Positions 12,554 to 25,721 are shown, counted from the stretch's first letter. The stretch is 64,000 nucleotides of DNA from Octopus bimaculoides (GCF_001194135.2 NC_068981.1:7325898-7389897); one strand, 5' to 3'. Notes: generated from the sequence alone by a model not told the origin. Program-made: numbers and translations.

Positions 12554-13035
12554 NNNNNNNNNNNNNNNNNNNNNNNNNNNNNNNNNNNNNNNNNNNNNNN
12601 NNNNNNNNNNNNNNNNNNNNNNNNNNNNNNNNNNNNNNNNNNNNNNNNNNNNNNNNNNNNNNNNNNNNNNNNNNNNNNNNNNNNNNNNNNNNNNNNNNNN
12701 NNNNNNNNNNNNNNNNNNNNNNNNNNNNNNNNNNNNNNNNNNNNNNNNNNNNNNNNNNNNNNNNNNNNNNNNNNNNNNNNNNNNNNNNNNNNNNNNNNNN
12801 NNNNNNNNNNNNNNNNNNNNNNNNNNNNNNNNNNNNNNNNNNNNNNNNNNNNNNNNNNNNNNNNNNNNNNNNNNNNGTGTATTTACGTCCCCGTAACTTA
12901 CTGATTCGGCAAAAGAGTGACCGATAGAATAAGTACTAGGCTTACAAAAAAAAAGTCCTGGGATCGATTTCTTCGATCCCAGCCCTTTAAGGCGATGCTC
13001 CAGCATGGCCACACTCAAATGACTGAAAAAAGTAA
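12426..13035 (+). mobile_element. SINE family A spanning an N gap
   Basis: GCCTCGGGCCGACCAAAGCCTTGTGAGTGGATTTGGTAGACGGAAACTG, then (TA)n/N, then GATAGAATAAGTACTAGGC...CTCCAGCATGGCC. Confidence 0.9.
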
Positions 13036-13044
13036 AATAATAGG

Positions 13045-13345
13045 TGAAGGCGCGTGGCTCAGAGGTTAAGCTTTTCGGCTCATGATCGTAAAGTCATGAG
13101 TTCGATTCTCAGAGGCGCATTGTGTCCTTCAGCAAGACACTTTATTTTCACGTTGCCCCAGTCCACTCAGCTGGCAACAATGAGTGGTACCTGTAATTTC
13201 AAAGAGCCAATCTTGTCACAGTCTGCGTCACGCCGAATCTCCCTGAGAACTACATTGACAGTACACGTTTCTGTGGAGTACTCAGCCTCTTGGATGTTAA
13301 TTTCACGAGTAGGCTCTTTTGCTGATCGGATCAACTGGAACACTG
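13045..13345 (+). mobile_element. tRNA-derived SINE family C (CORE-like body, stem-loop tail)
   Basis: A-box TGGCTCAGAGG, B-box GAGTTCGATTC, body TGTGTCCTTCAGCAAGACACTT, tail GATCGGATCAACTGGAAC...CGTCGTAACTGACGG. Confidence 0.9.
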
Positions 13346-13399
13346 GGCGTCGTAACTGACGGAGGAAGAGGGATAGAAGAGGGATGGAACCATGTTTCA

Positions 13400-13900
13400 C
13401 CGAAACAAAAAGGAAACCAACTATGGAACCTTTATGTGATCAAGCTACCTGCTAGAAATAGCAGCCAAATACTCTCTCATTATACGTTACTGTCTTTGGT
13501 AAAAATGAAGGAGATATTGGAAGAGGTTGACCTTAACGAATTGCGCTCGATAAAATTAGTGAGTGGTTGGCTAATGTTGAGTGTCTTTGATGATAGGGTT
13601 CCCGATTTAACGATAACACGAAACTTAAAGCCATAACAACATTCGACCTGCTAGAAATTGCTACTAAATCTTAATTCCGTCTTTAAAGAAGGACAAATTG
13701 AATATAATAATTATGTTTACTATATTTTCAGATATAGTAAATATAACTACTATATCGGAAAATAATTTTTTTTAAAAAAAGGGACGGGATGGTTACATGT
13801 GGAATGTCTTAGATCATAGGTCTGCTTGATCAAGGCCGACCTGGGTTCTAACCAGAAAAAGAAGCCAAAGAATAACAGCAGCAACAACAACAATTACAAC
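13400..13900 (+). mobile_element. Two tandem SINE-like family E copies
   Basis: CCTGCTAGAAAT(A/T)GC occurs twice; the tail GATCATAGGTCTGCTTGATCAAGGCCGACCTGGG is followed by (ACA)n. Reverse-complement copies lie near 5796, 7795 and 46500. Confidence 0.6.
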
Positions 13901-14799
13901 ACAATGAAGCACTGTTAATGTTTTATCAGTGAGGATGTTGTATAAAAGATGAAAAAAGATTTTGGAAATGAAACGCAACAACAACAACAACAACAAAGCA
14001 GAAACATAAACAATTAACAATCTGATTAAAAGTTAAAATTTCTGAAATAACTATTTCTAGTTTTTAAATTCCAATTATTTCAAATTTGTTTAGTTTTATA
14101 TCTAAAACGTTTTCTATTTAACGGCCTCTGTTTCTTTCCTTCTTATCAACTAATTTACAACCTTTACCCAGTATGGTATTTCTTAGGCATCAGTAAAGGG
14201 TAAACACAGAATGGAATATCTTCTTTCGATGGAAACTAATTCTACACCGTAGACACGTAGAATTCCTTATCATTTCGTTACGATTTATTGTTGGTTTCCT
14301 ACCGCAAAGATTATCAAAAATCTGTTGAAAAGATTTATCTAATTTTCCAGACAGTTTATCAGAGAAACTGCAACATATTCGAAAGTATCCCTGCTATCGT
14401 TAAACAGTTGCGTCTGGTTGTTTCTTCTAAGGAAATACTGTTCCCAGTTTACCTTAAAGAAACCTTCTTCGACTGGCATTCCCACATAACCATCAGATCT
14501 GATAATAGACGAAGAATATGGAAGTCTATATCTAGAAAAGCGTTGCGTTGATAGACTCATGTAGGCTTCGGGTAAAATCTCGCTGCCATATTTATTTCTG
14601 TATTTTAGGTTCTGTGTTGAATTCCCATCAAAGTCTACTTTGCTTTCCATTCTTCCGGATTCGATAAAATGAAGTATCAATCGAGTACTGGCACTTTAGT
14701 TTATGTACCAACTCCGAACCCATCCTAGCAACCTGTGGTTATAATTCTAGGTTAGGAAAGAGCTGTAGATGTTACACTTATTTGTGCAACGAGCAAATA

Positions 14800-14910
14800 A
14801 AAGCCTCGGGCCGACCAAAATCTTGTGAGCGGATTTGGTAGACGGAAACTGAATGAAGCCCGTCGTGTATATAAATGTGGTTGTGCATGTGTGTGTGTGT
14901 GTGTGTGTGT
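14800..14910 (+). mobile_element. SINE family A 5' half running into a gap
   Basis: AAGCCTCGGGCCGACCAAAATCTTGTGAGCGGATTTGGTAGACGGAAACTG. Confidence 0.85.
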
Positions 14911-15673
14911 NNNNNNNNNNNNNNNNNNNNNNNNNNNNNNNNNNNNNNNNNNNNNNNNNNNNNNNNNNNNNNNNNNNNNNNNNNNNNNNNNNNNNNNNNN
15001 NNNNNNNNNNNNNNNNNNNNNNNNNNNNNNNNNNNNNNNNNNNNNNNNNNNNNNNNNNNNNNNNNNNNNNNNNNNNNNNNNNNNNNNNNNNNNNNNNNNN
15101 NNNNNNNNNNNNNNNNNNNNNNNNNNNNNNNNNNNNNNNNNNNNNNNNNNNNNNNNNNNNNNNNNNNNNNNNNNNNNNNNNNNNNNNNNNNNNNNNNNNN
15201 NNNNNNNNNNNNNNNNNNNNNNNNNNNNNNNNNNNNNNNNNNNNNNNNNNNNNNNNNNNNNNNNNNNNNNNNNNNNNNNNNNNNNNNNNNNNNNNNNNNN
15301 NNNNNNNNNNNNNNNNNNNNNNNNNNNNNNNNNNNNNNNNNNNNNNNNNNNNNNNNNNNNNNNNNNNNNNNNNNNNNNNNNNNNNNNNNNNNNNNNNNNN
15401 NNNNNNNNNNNNNNNNNNNNNNNNNNNNNNNNNNNNNNNNNNNNNNNNNNNNNNNNNNNNNNNNNNNNNNNNNNNNNNNNNNNNNNNNNNNNNNNNNNNN
15501 NNNNNNNNNNNNNNNNNNNNNNNNNNNNNNNNNNNNNNNNNNNNNNNNNNNNNNNNNNNNNNNNNNNNNATTTTTTTTTGTTAAAATTTGTGCAATAAAT
15601 TACCTATATTTCTTCAATACCCCAAACATCTTCATTTTTTTAATGCATTTTCTAATAATATTTAATTATAAAA

Positions 15674-15955
15674 ATATTCTGTTGTGTCTGGCGAGAGTCA
15701 TTCTCTTCTGGTGCCTTATAATTTAACAAACTCATCGGTAAAATTTCCACTCATTTACTTATTTATTCTTCTAAAATGTTCGTTGCTTCTTGCAACCTTT
15801 TCAATAGCTTTGACTCTCAAAACTATTGAAAAGGTTGCAAGATGTAACGAAAATTTTAGAAAAATAAAAAAGAAATAAGTGGAAATTTTACCAGTGAGTG
15901 TGTTAAATTATAAGACACCAGAAGAGAATGACTATCCCCAGACACACCAAAATAT
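15674..15955. mobile_element. Foldback (almost fully palindromic) MITE-like element
   Basis: The roughly 135-bp left arm (ATATTCTGTTGTGTCTGG...CAATAGCTTTGA) is the reverse complement of the right arm at roughly 85-90% identity, with a 3-nt centre (CTC). Confidence 0.9.
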
Positions 15956-16811
15956 GCTTCAACATACGAACTCACATAAAGAATCTTGTAAACCAAATCC
16001 AAAAACGAAATATAAAAATATAGAATATTTTAAACATGGAATGGTTATGAGGGGACACCTGAGTAAAACAAGAATCAAATGGGTCCATAAGTAAAAAAAA
16101 AAAAAAAAAATGGTTGAAGACTGATTTCCACATATTCCGCAGTTAATCCAATCAACTTTACTCTCTCCGTAAACAATACTCATTTTTCTAACCGGCGCCG
16201 AAGAGTTAAAGGTAAAATCTCGGAGACTTGGTTTTGTTTTTGGAGAAAGACACAAAGGAATTACTCTCCTGTCTTTTAAAAAGGACAAAAACAAAAAAAA
16301 AAGACCATAGAATTGAAGGTGGCATTCCCTACTAAAATATAAAACATTTGTGTCGTGTCAAAAGGAAATCAATATTCTTCAAAATATAGATTTTTCTTCA
16401 CTGTCATATATTTTATAGATCTTGAATGAATGAAGAGTAAAGAGCGCTCCGGAGGGATTTGAACTCAAAACGTAAAAGACGTTACTGAACACTGCAAGCA
16501 GTAATTTTGTCTGGCTGCTTGCTATATCGATCTTAAATAGATCGTTAAAATATTGATTTCTAACTTTGACATAATAACACAAATTTCATGGGGAGGCACA
16601 CCCTGCATTTTATCGATTATCAACCTCGTTAGAATTTGAACTCAATACGTCAAGTGTCGTAACATTTAGTCGTTTCATCAATGCTCGTTTCTATTGCTGC
16701 CTTATAATGTGTATATCAATAGTGTCTTATCAGTTATGCATTGATATACTAGTTTATTTTATTTATCAGTATGGCCTTATATATCCTATGTCTCGATATT
16801 ATCTCTTATAT

Positions 16812-17023
16812 AAGGCGGCGAGTTAGCAGAATCGTTAGCATGCCGGACGAAATGCTTAACAGTATTTCGTCTGTCTTTACGTTCCAAGTTCAAATTCCGC
16901 CTAGGTCGACTTTGCCTTTCAGGATCGATAAATTAAGTACCAGTTGCATGCTGGAGTCGATCTAATCAACTAGCCTCCTCCCCAAAAGTTTCGGGCCTTG
17001 TGCCTAGAATAGAAAATAATATT
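16812..17023 (+). mobile_element. SINE family B
   Basis: AAGGCGGCGAGTTAGCAGAATCGTTAGC...GTTCAAATTCC...GGGCCTTGTGCCTAGAATAGAAAA. Confidence 0.9.
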
Positions 17024-17246
17024 ATCTTTTTTATACATACATGTGTGTGTGTGTGTGTGTGTGTAATATATTGTATATCTAGCATTAATACTGTTTTATA
17101 TCTCATATCGATGTTATCGTATATACCATACTAATACTGACTTATTTACTGTATCAAAACTGCATTATGTATTATGTAGCAATACTGCCGTGCATATTTT
17201 GTTAATACTGCTTTGTGTATTATGTCTCAATATTGGCATTATCAAT

Positions 17247-17466
17247 AGGGCAGCGAACTGGCAGAATCGTTAGCACGCCGGACGAAATGCTTAGCGGTAC
17301 TTTGTCTGTCATTACGTTCTGGGATCGAATTTCGCCGAGGTCGACTTTGCCTTTCATCCTTTCGGTGATCGATAAATTAAGCACCAGTTACACACTGGGG
17401 TCGATCTAATCGACAGACACCCTCCCCAACAATTTCGGGCCTTGTGCCTAGAGTAGAAAAGAATAT
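17247..17466 (+). mobile_element. SINE family B
   Basis: Same head, core and tail as the copy at 16812. Confidence 0.9.
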
Positions 17467-17564
17467 TTTTTTATAATTGCATATCAATGTATTATGTATT
17501 AATACTGTCTTACGTATCATACAATATTACCTTATATATAACATGTCAATACAACGTTATATAT

Positions 17565-17783
17565 AATCCTTTCTACTATAGGCACAAGCCCCTGACATTT
17601 GGTGGTGGTGGGTAGTCGATTAGATCGACCCCAGTACGCAACTGGTACTTAATTTATCGCTCACCGAAAGGATGAAAGACAAAGTCAAGCTCGGAGGAAT
17701 TTGAACTCAGAACATAAAGACAGACGAAATACCCGCTAAGCATTTCAACCGGCGTGCTAACGTTTCTGCCAGCCCGCCGCTTC
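17565..17783 (-). mobile_element. SINE family B with a 14-bp TSD
   Basis: ACAACGTTATATAT at 17551-17564 and 17784-17797; the body is the reverse complement of the adjacent copies. Confidence 0.92.
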
Positions 17784-19348
17784 ACAACGTTATATATGAT
17801 ACATCCATATTGCTTAACACATTCAATATCAACACTGCCCTATACATCATATATCAAAACTGCTTCATATGTTATAATAGACCAGGAATGCCTTACACAG
17901 TATGTATTAATACTGCCCTGTATATTGTATCAATAATGCTGTATCTATTATCCATCAATATTGTCTTAGCTATACCTGTATTCCTTACATATTGCTTTAT
18001 AATGCTCAACTCAGTGGCTCAACTACTTCGTTCAGTTGGATTTAAGTGTAGCCACATGAACATTTCTTTGATACAGTGTATTATGAGATGTTAACCCTTT
18101 GCCAACGTAGTTGTACCGTTGCATGATAATATAATAAATAGATTATGTTTTCGATTTCGTTTATACTTCTCCACGCAAGGTGAAAAATAATCGATAACAA
18201 CTCTGAAGCTGGGTAAGAAGATAAGTGTATATAAAGGATTATAGCTTTTAGAGAGGATGATTCCAAAGACTGCTCATTCAGGATTACCCAGGTGGAATTG
18301 TGTACCCTCTAAAAAAATCATCATGTTTCAAACAAGAAATATTTTCAAAAACATTCATGTACGTCATGATTTTCTATAAATGTGCAATCATCTTAGATTT
18401 CCATCCATCTTAAATATTAGTTGAATGTTCCTATAAATCTCTCCTTTGGTCTTGTGTTCATGCCGTACAGCGTTTTAAATCGTCATGATATGGTTGCAGA
18501 TCTGCGCAAACAGGGATGCTTTTTATTCATACTTTGAAGAAAGACAAAATATGTTGACTTTGAAATACTTGATTTCAATGTCACACGCCAATACTGTTCT
18601 ACAATGTTTCTTTTCTAAAGGTGAAGGCTGCTTTGCTTCAAATTTGGAATACCGATTCCAAATACAACGTTAGTTGTTGTCTGATGTCAACTTTAGCTGC
18701 TAAACCCTGTTGATCAGATATGCACGATTATAAATACATGCATACACACATACATACATACATACATACATACATACATACATACATACATACGTACATA
18801 CATACATGCATACATACGTATATACATACATACATACATACATACATACATACATGCATGTCTACTTACATTATTTATACTGCATTTTCATTTACAAATG
18901 TGTGCACGTATGTGTGTGCANNNNNNNNNNNNNNNNNNNNNNNNNNNNNNNNNNNNNNNNNNNNNNNNNNNNNNNNNNNNNNNNNNNNNNNNNNNNNNNN
19001 NNNNNNNNNNNNNNNNNNNNNNNNNNNNNNNNNNNNNNNNNNNNNNNNNNNNNNNNNNNNNNNNNNNNNNNNNNNNNNNNNNNNNNNNNNNNNNNNNNNN
19101 NNNNNNNNNNNNNNNNNNNNNNNNNNNNNNNNNNNNNNNNNNNNNNNNNNNNNNNNNNNNNNNNNNNNNNNNNNNNNNNNNNNNNNNNNNNNNNNNNNNN
19201 NNNNNNNNNNNNNNNNNNNNNNNNNNNNNNNNNNNNNNNNNNNNNNNNNNNNNNNNNNNNNNNNNNNNNNNNNNNNNNNNNNNNNNNNNNNNNNNNNNNN
19301 NNNNNNNNNNNNNNNNNNNNNNNNNNNNNNNNNNNNNNNNNNNNNNNN

Positions 19349-19398
<50 letters not shown>

Positions 19399-19733
19399 TG
19401 AGAGAGAGAGGGAGAGAGAGAGAGAGTGAGAGAGAGATTATTTGAAGTGGTTTACAGATTTTATATATTAAGAAAAAGGAGATAGGATTTGGGCAAAAGT
19501 GATTTATTTTGCACTTTCGTCCCTTTCAAGAATTCATCATGAATATGTACATACACACACACACACACTTGATATATTTATGCTGCATTATATCAGCACA
19601 GCTCGGTACAAACCCATAAAACCGCTATTGCTTGTGGATATCGTTAAGTTATATTCGACGTAATAAAACGGGAGCTTTTATATGCCTACGCAAAAACCTT
19701 TTCCGTAAACGGACTTAAAGTCTATCTATCTAC

Positions 19734-19782
<49 letters not shown>

Positions 19783-19798
19783 CATACATACATACGTA

Positions 19799-20023
19799 CA
19801 GGGTGGCCCAAAAGAAGGTTTACAGTTATTCAACTATCTCTTTCGCATTCATATATTAACAGTTTAGATCTTAATTATAAAAAAATATCAAACCATTATT
19901 CTATGGTAATTTAGTTAATTTTGTCAAGCTCCCTTTTCAGTTTGTAAGATAGAAATTTAAATGTAATAAAATGTTTTAAAAGAAATTTAATGTGCCTACG
20001 TGATAACTGTAAACCTGCTTTTG
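19799..20023. mobile_element. Tc1/mariner-type MITE (right TIR runs into an N gap)
   Basis: Left end TA|CAGGGTGGCCCAAAAGAAGGTTTACAGTTAT; right end ATAACTGTAAACCTGCTTTTG is its reverse complement. Confidence 0.8.
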
Positions 20024-20605
20024 NNNNNNNNNNNNNNNNNNNNNNNNNNNNNNNNNNNNNNNNNNNNNNNNNNNNNNNNNNNNNNNNNNNNNNNNNNNNN
20101 NNNNNNNNNNNNNNNNNNNNNNNNNNNNNNNNNNNNNNNNNNNNNNNNNNNNNNNNNNNNNNNNNNNNNNNNNNNNNNNNNNNNNNNNNNNNNNNNNNNN
20201 NNNNNNNNNNNNNNNNNNNNNNNNNNNNNNNNNNNNNNNNNNNNNNNNNNNNNNNNNNNNNNNNNNNNNNNNNNNNNNNNNNNNNNNNNNNNNNNNNNNN
20301 NNNNNNNNNNNNNNNNNNNNNNNNNNNNNNNNNNNNNNNNNNNNNNNNNNNNNNNNNNNNNNNNNNNNNNNNNNNNNNNNNNNNNNNNNNNNNNNNNNNN
20401 NNNNNNNNNNNNNNNNNNNNNNNNNNNNNNNNNNNNNNNNNNNNNNNNNNNNNNNNNNNNNNNNNNNNNNNNNNNNNNNNNNNNNNNNNNNNNNNNNNNN
20501 NNNNNNNNNNNNNNNNNNNNNNNNNNNNNNNNNNNNNNNNNNNNNNNNNNNNNNNNNNNNNNNNNNNNNNNNNNNNNNNNNNNATACACATACAGAAACA
20601 TACAC

Positions 20606-20657
<52 letters not shown>

Positions 20658-21486
20658 TTGGGGTTTTGGGAGGGTCATTTTAGAAAATTTATGTATGATA
20701 TCAATACTTCTTCGCCTCAGACTGATCTATTCGTTTAAGATGGAACAAACTTATACAGAACATTTTAAATATCACAAGTATGTTAATTTCATGAATGAAA
20801 GAATCAATGAAGGATTCTGTTTGGATAATAGGTTCATAATAAAGATAGATTCCTGTCAACAATATTGCAGAAAGAGTGACTGAACCACTTCTGCTCTGTT
20901 TGGGCCGTTTATATAAACGAATACTTGGCCTCCAAGTAATTTAGCACCTTTCCTATCATGAATACGTTAGGATGGAAAGACACATCAACGCATTCGTTGC
21001 GTTCATAGAATCGCAGGGATTACCAGATATTCATTTAATATGACCCTACATATCTGCCTTCGGGTCCCTCTATCCTGATTTTCTGAAGTTGTTTTCGCTC
21101 TTATCCATTTTGAAACACTCAATAAATTACTTACCAAGTAGCAGTGGTTGATTATTGTATTATTATAATTTATTATTGTAATAGCGGGCATAGATTATGC
21201 CAAGCCAGTTCCACTCTCTCGTCCTTCAGACGCCATAAAGCATATTGTAGAGTGTAAGTTATGTTTTCCTAAACTGAGAAAGTATCTCTTATAATATCTT
21301 AAGATAGAGGGAATCTCAACACACAACTCTTGGGATGGCCTCGTCGACTGGTACAGAGAACGCGCGTCGAAACAACGATGTCTCGAAGACAGAGAATTCT
21401 TCTTAAGGTATCGCCATGGAGAAAGTAGTGAAGCTTTAAGGATTTCGACCAAACAATACAGAGAAAAGGAGAAGTATGTGTGTGTG

Positions 21487-21517
<31 letters not shown>

Positions 21518-21560
21518 GTGTGAGTGTATGTATGTATGTATGTATGTATGTATGCATGCG

Positions 21561-21591
<31 letters not shown>

Positions 21592-21654
21592 GTGTGAGTG
21601 TATGTATGTATGTTTGCATGCATGTATGTATGTATGTATGTATGTATGTATAGG

Positions 21655-21980
21655 GTAAAGACCCCCTTCGGTCATGCATGACCATGGGATTGCACATAGA
21701 AAGACCTCTTCCGAGGTACAAGTCCGGGAATGTTTGTTTCTAGAAGAAAACAAGTCGCCCATGCGTTCCAGCATCCGTTCTTCACGCCACCGATGATATC
21801 CAAGCGAAAGGCAAAGGGGCCGATACAGGTTGGCACCAGCGACGAATCAACTCATTTCTATAGCTGAGTGAACTGGATCAACTTGGAATAATGTGTCTTG
21901 TTCAAGAACACATTCGGTCCGGGAATCGAACTCACAACCTCATGATTGTGGGCTCGACGCTCTAACCACTGAGCCATTCA
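21655..21980 (-). mobile_element. tRNA-derived SINE with a family C-like head and body and a different stem-loop tail
   Basis: Head TGGCTCAGTGGTTAGAGCG...GAGTTCGATTCCC; body TGTTCTTGAACAAGACAC; tail GGTCATGCATGACCGAAGGGGGTCTTT. Confidence 0.85.
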
Positions 21981-22015
21981 AATGAATATATACATATACA
22001 TACATACCTACATAA

Positions 22016-22060
<45 letters not shown>

Positions 22061-22570
22061 NNNNNNNNNNNNNNNNNNNNNNNNNNNNNNNNNNNNNNNN
22101 NNNNNNNNNNNNNNNNNNNNNNNNNNNNNNNNNNNNNNNNNNNNNNNNNNNNNNNNNNNNNNNNNNNNNNNNNNNNNNNNNNNNNNNNNNNNNNNNNNNN
22201 NNNNNNNNNNNNNNNNNNNNNNNNNNNNNNNNNNNNTATACATACATACACACACATATATGTATAAGTGTATGTATTTTGATGTGTATGTATGTGTGTG
22301 TTTTTGTATGTGGATGTGCGCGCGCGTGTGTGTGTATGTGTGTGTGTGTGTGTGTGTGTGCGTGTGTGTGCATGTATGGAGTGATCAAAGTTAAACAGCA
22401 CACTGGATCCTGTGCACGCGATAAGAATTATGGGATAGACAAGGAAACGACGATAAACTGTGTAAATACGTAAGGAGACGAAGCGTTCATAGTTTGGAGA
22501 TTGAAAAATGGTGTATTTGCGGAAGATTTATGGAAGTACACGAACTGGATTAAATAGACACGGGCGCGCG

Positions 22571-22610
<40 letters not shown>

Positions 22611-23847
22611 GTCATTGTGATTTTCATAGAAAGCTTTGAGAAGCTAATCGCGATATAAACAAATCATGTTTGTTTTTTTAATAGAAGCGTTCTTTGTTCA
22701 GAAAATGCGTGGTGTACATACATACATACATGCATGCATACACACACACACACACATATATATATATATGCATTTATGCATGTATGTATGTACGTATGTA
22801 TGCATGCATGTGTATATATACACATGCATACATTAATATATATATACATATATATATATACATATATATATATNNNNNNNNNNNNNNNNNNNNNNNNNNN
22901 NNNNNNNNNNNNNNNNNNNNNNNNNNNNNNNNNNNNNNNNNNNNNNNNNNNNNNNNNNNNNNNNNNNNNNNNNNNNNNNNNNNNNNNNNNNNNNNNNNNN
23001 NNNNNNNNNNNNNNNNNNNNNNNNNNNNNNNNNNNNNNNNNNNNNNNNNNNNNNNNNNNNNNNNNNNNNNNNNNNNNNNNNNNNNNNNNNNNNNNNNNNN
23101 NNNNNNNNNNNNNNNNNNNNNNNNNNNNNNNNNNNNNNNNNNNNNNNNNNNNNNNNNNNNNNNNNNNNNNNNNNNNNNNNNNNNNNNNNNNNNNNNNNNN
23201 NNNNNNNNNNNNNNNNNNNNNNNNNNNNNNNNNNNNNNNNNNNNNNNNNNNNNNNNNNNNNNNNNNNNNNNNNNNNNNNNNNNNNNNNNNNNNNNNNNNN
23301 NNNNNNNNNNNNNNNNNNNNNNNNNNNNNNNNNNNNNNNNNNNNNNNNNNNNNNNNNNNNNNNNNNNNNNNNNNNNNNNNNNNNNNNNNNNNNNNNNNNN
23401 NNNNNNNNNNNNNNNNNNNNNNNNNNNNNNNNNNNNNNNNNNNNNNNNNNNNNNNNNNNNNNNNNNNNNNNNNNNNNNNNNNNNNNNNNNNNNNNNNNNN
23501 NNNNNNNNNNNNNNNNNNNNNNNNNNNNNNNNNNNNNNNNNNNNNNNNNNNNNNNNNNNNNNNNNNNNNNNNNNNNNNNNNNNNNNNNNNNNNNNNNNNN
23601 NNNNNNNNNNNNNNNNNNNNNNNNNNNNNNNNNNNNNNNNNNNNNNNNNNNNNNNNNNNNNNNNNNNNNNNNNNNNNNNNNNNNNNNNNNNNNNNNNNNN
23701 GATAAAATATTCATTGCCCTAAATATACATACATACATGCATATATATGTGTGCGTGTGTCTGTGTGTAAATGTATGTATACTTATGTATATGAGTGTAT
23801 ACACGTATATATTTGATATATGTAAATACACACACGCATGTATGTAA

Positions 23848-23878
<31 letters not shown>

Positions 23879-23914
23879 TGTATGTATGTATGTATGTATG
23901 CATGCATATATATT

Positions 23915-24215
23915 TTGCGGCCCTCACTCAGAATGGAGGAGGAGCTGGTAGTAGTCATCCTGAATTCCCTAATTGCTCTCGTTGGCTATGAAGTCCCAGC
24001 CGCAAACTCGAACATCTCCCTCGGACCATTATTCCAGAATAACATCGAAGTTTCGGTTGCTGAAGAGCTACGTGGCTCTACTAGCACTCGGTTTCTTTTT
24101 TGTTGAATAGACTGAACAACAGGAAATGAAGTGTCTTGCTCAAGAACATAACACGCTGCTTGGTCGTGAATGGAAAACATGAAAGGAGCGAGTGTTTCAT
24201 GCGACAGCACTTATC
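23915..24215 (-). mobile_element. SINE with a family C-like body and a third tail type
   Basis: Minus strand GTTCTTGAGCAAGACACTTCATTTC...GTTCAGTCTATTCAAC, then an unrelated tail ending CTGAGTGAGGGCCGC. Confidence 0.6.
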
Positions 24216-24286
24216 AGCTAAATATTTATATAAAAAAAAACATTTACTCATGTTTTGAGTTTCATATTTCCTGTTTGTATCGCCAA

Positions 24287-24403
<117 letters not shown>

Positions 24404-24928
24404 TACGCAAACATACACGCTCGTACATAGAATGTAGTATTTATAAAAAATGATATAGTGTGTTCGTGATAAAACGTCATAAGCAAAAGTTTCGTTGTTA
24501 GTTTATGGTAAATGATCGTCAGGCGATAAACACAGCAAGAGAATATCTCAGATATATATAACTACCCTGGGTTATCAAATAAAAACCTTGTAATTAGAAA
24601 ACAAAGTCTACAAGGTGTGTGCAAATGTAAAAATAGCCTTCAAGGTAGATGACTCCAATAATAGCAGCTAATCTAAACGAATCCTACTCAGACATGGATC
24701 TTGTTTTTATAGTAAAGTGATGAAAGTATTGGATATGTTTCGATGATGTTAGTACTCCTCAGTGTAAGATATTAGGTCGGCTGGTAAAAGTAATAGTGAC
24801 CGGTCTATATAGAAATAGAGGGGAAATAGTGACTATGTGTATCAAGAATGCAAAAGAGGAAAATATCTCATGCGCTTTTTCTACGATATATGAATGCGAA
24901 TGACAGCTTCCACATTTTACACACATTC

Positions 24929-25162
24929 ATCGGACATGAAATATACCACATGGTATATTTTTCTATTATCCGTTCCTGACTGGTTTTTATACCATGCACA
25001 TATGATGCCAATAACTGCTATATATTGCGTGAGTAAGAGACAATTGTTTTCATTTTAACACCGGCTGATGAGGGAAATAATCTTCAAAACATCTTGATAG
25101 CTGGCGAGAAGCATCTCATAAATACTGCCTGGTTTCTCCATGTGGTATATTTCATGTTCGAT
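24929..25162 (+). mobile_element. 234-bp element with 25-bp inverted termini and a degenerate hammerhead-like core
   Basis: ATCGGACATGAAATATACCACATGG (24929-24953) versus CCATGTGGTATATTTCATGTTCGAT (25138-25162), one mismatch. Internal CTGATGAG...CAAAAC near 25066-25090. Confidence 0.55.
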
Positions 25163-25499
25163 CTTTAAGTCTCCTCAATTCCCATTGCCACAAACCACAA
25201 ATGCACTGGATAACTGTTGAGACGCTGAACATTGGACACCCATGTGTTTTGTTTTTTCATATCTTTGTTTTAGTAAGACAAATATAGTTTTCAATATTAA
25301 ATGTTTGTGCGAATAAATAAATAAATAAATATGAACGGTATATATGATTATGTATATGTATGAGTACACACACACACATATATACATATATACACATACA
25401 TATACATACATATACATGTATGTATGTATATTTGGTGTATGCGCATGTCTTTAAGAATATTCCTGTTTGTCTGAAGAAGCGCGTTCGTCTCTGTGTATT

Positions 25500-25721
25500 C
25501 TTTTATTCCTTTTCTTGTTTCAGTCATTTGACTGCGGCCATGCTGGAGCACCGCCTTTAGTCGGGTAAATCGAACCCAAGACTTATTCTTTGTAAGCCTA
25601 GTACTTATTCTATCGGTCTCTTGTTGCCGAACAGCTATGTTACGGGGGCATAAACGCACGAACACCGGTTGTCAAGCGATAGAGAGGGGGTGCCAAACGC
25701 AGACACAAATAGCAAAAACAT

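Noticed and set aside
14339-14680. 113-aa minus-strand ORF in unique sequence
   Set aside because: No recognisable domain; only a weak PYS..SD resemblance to mariner YSPDLAPSD, and no clear splice support.
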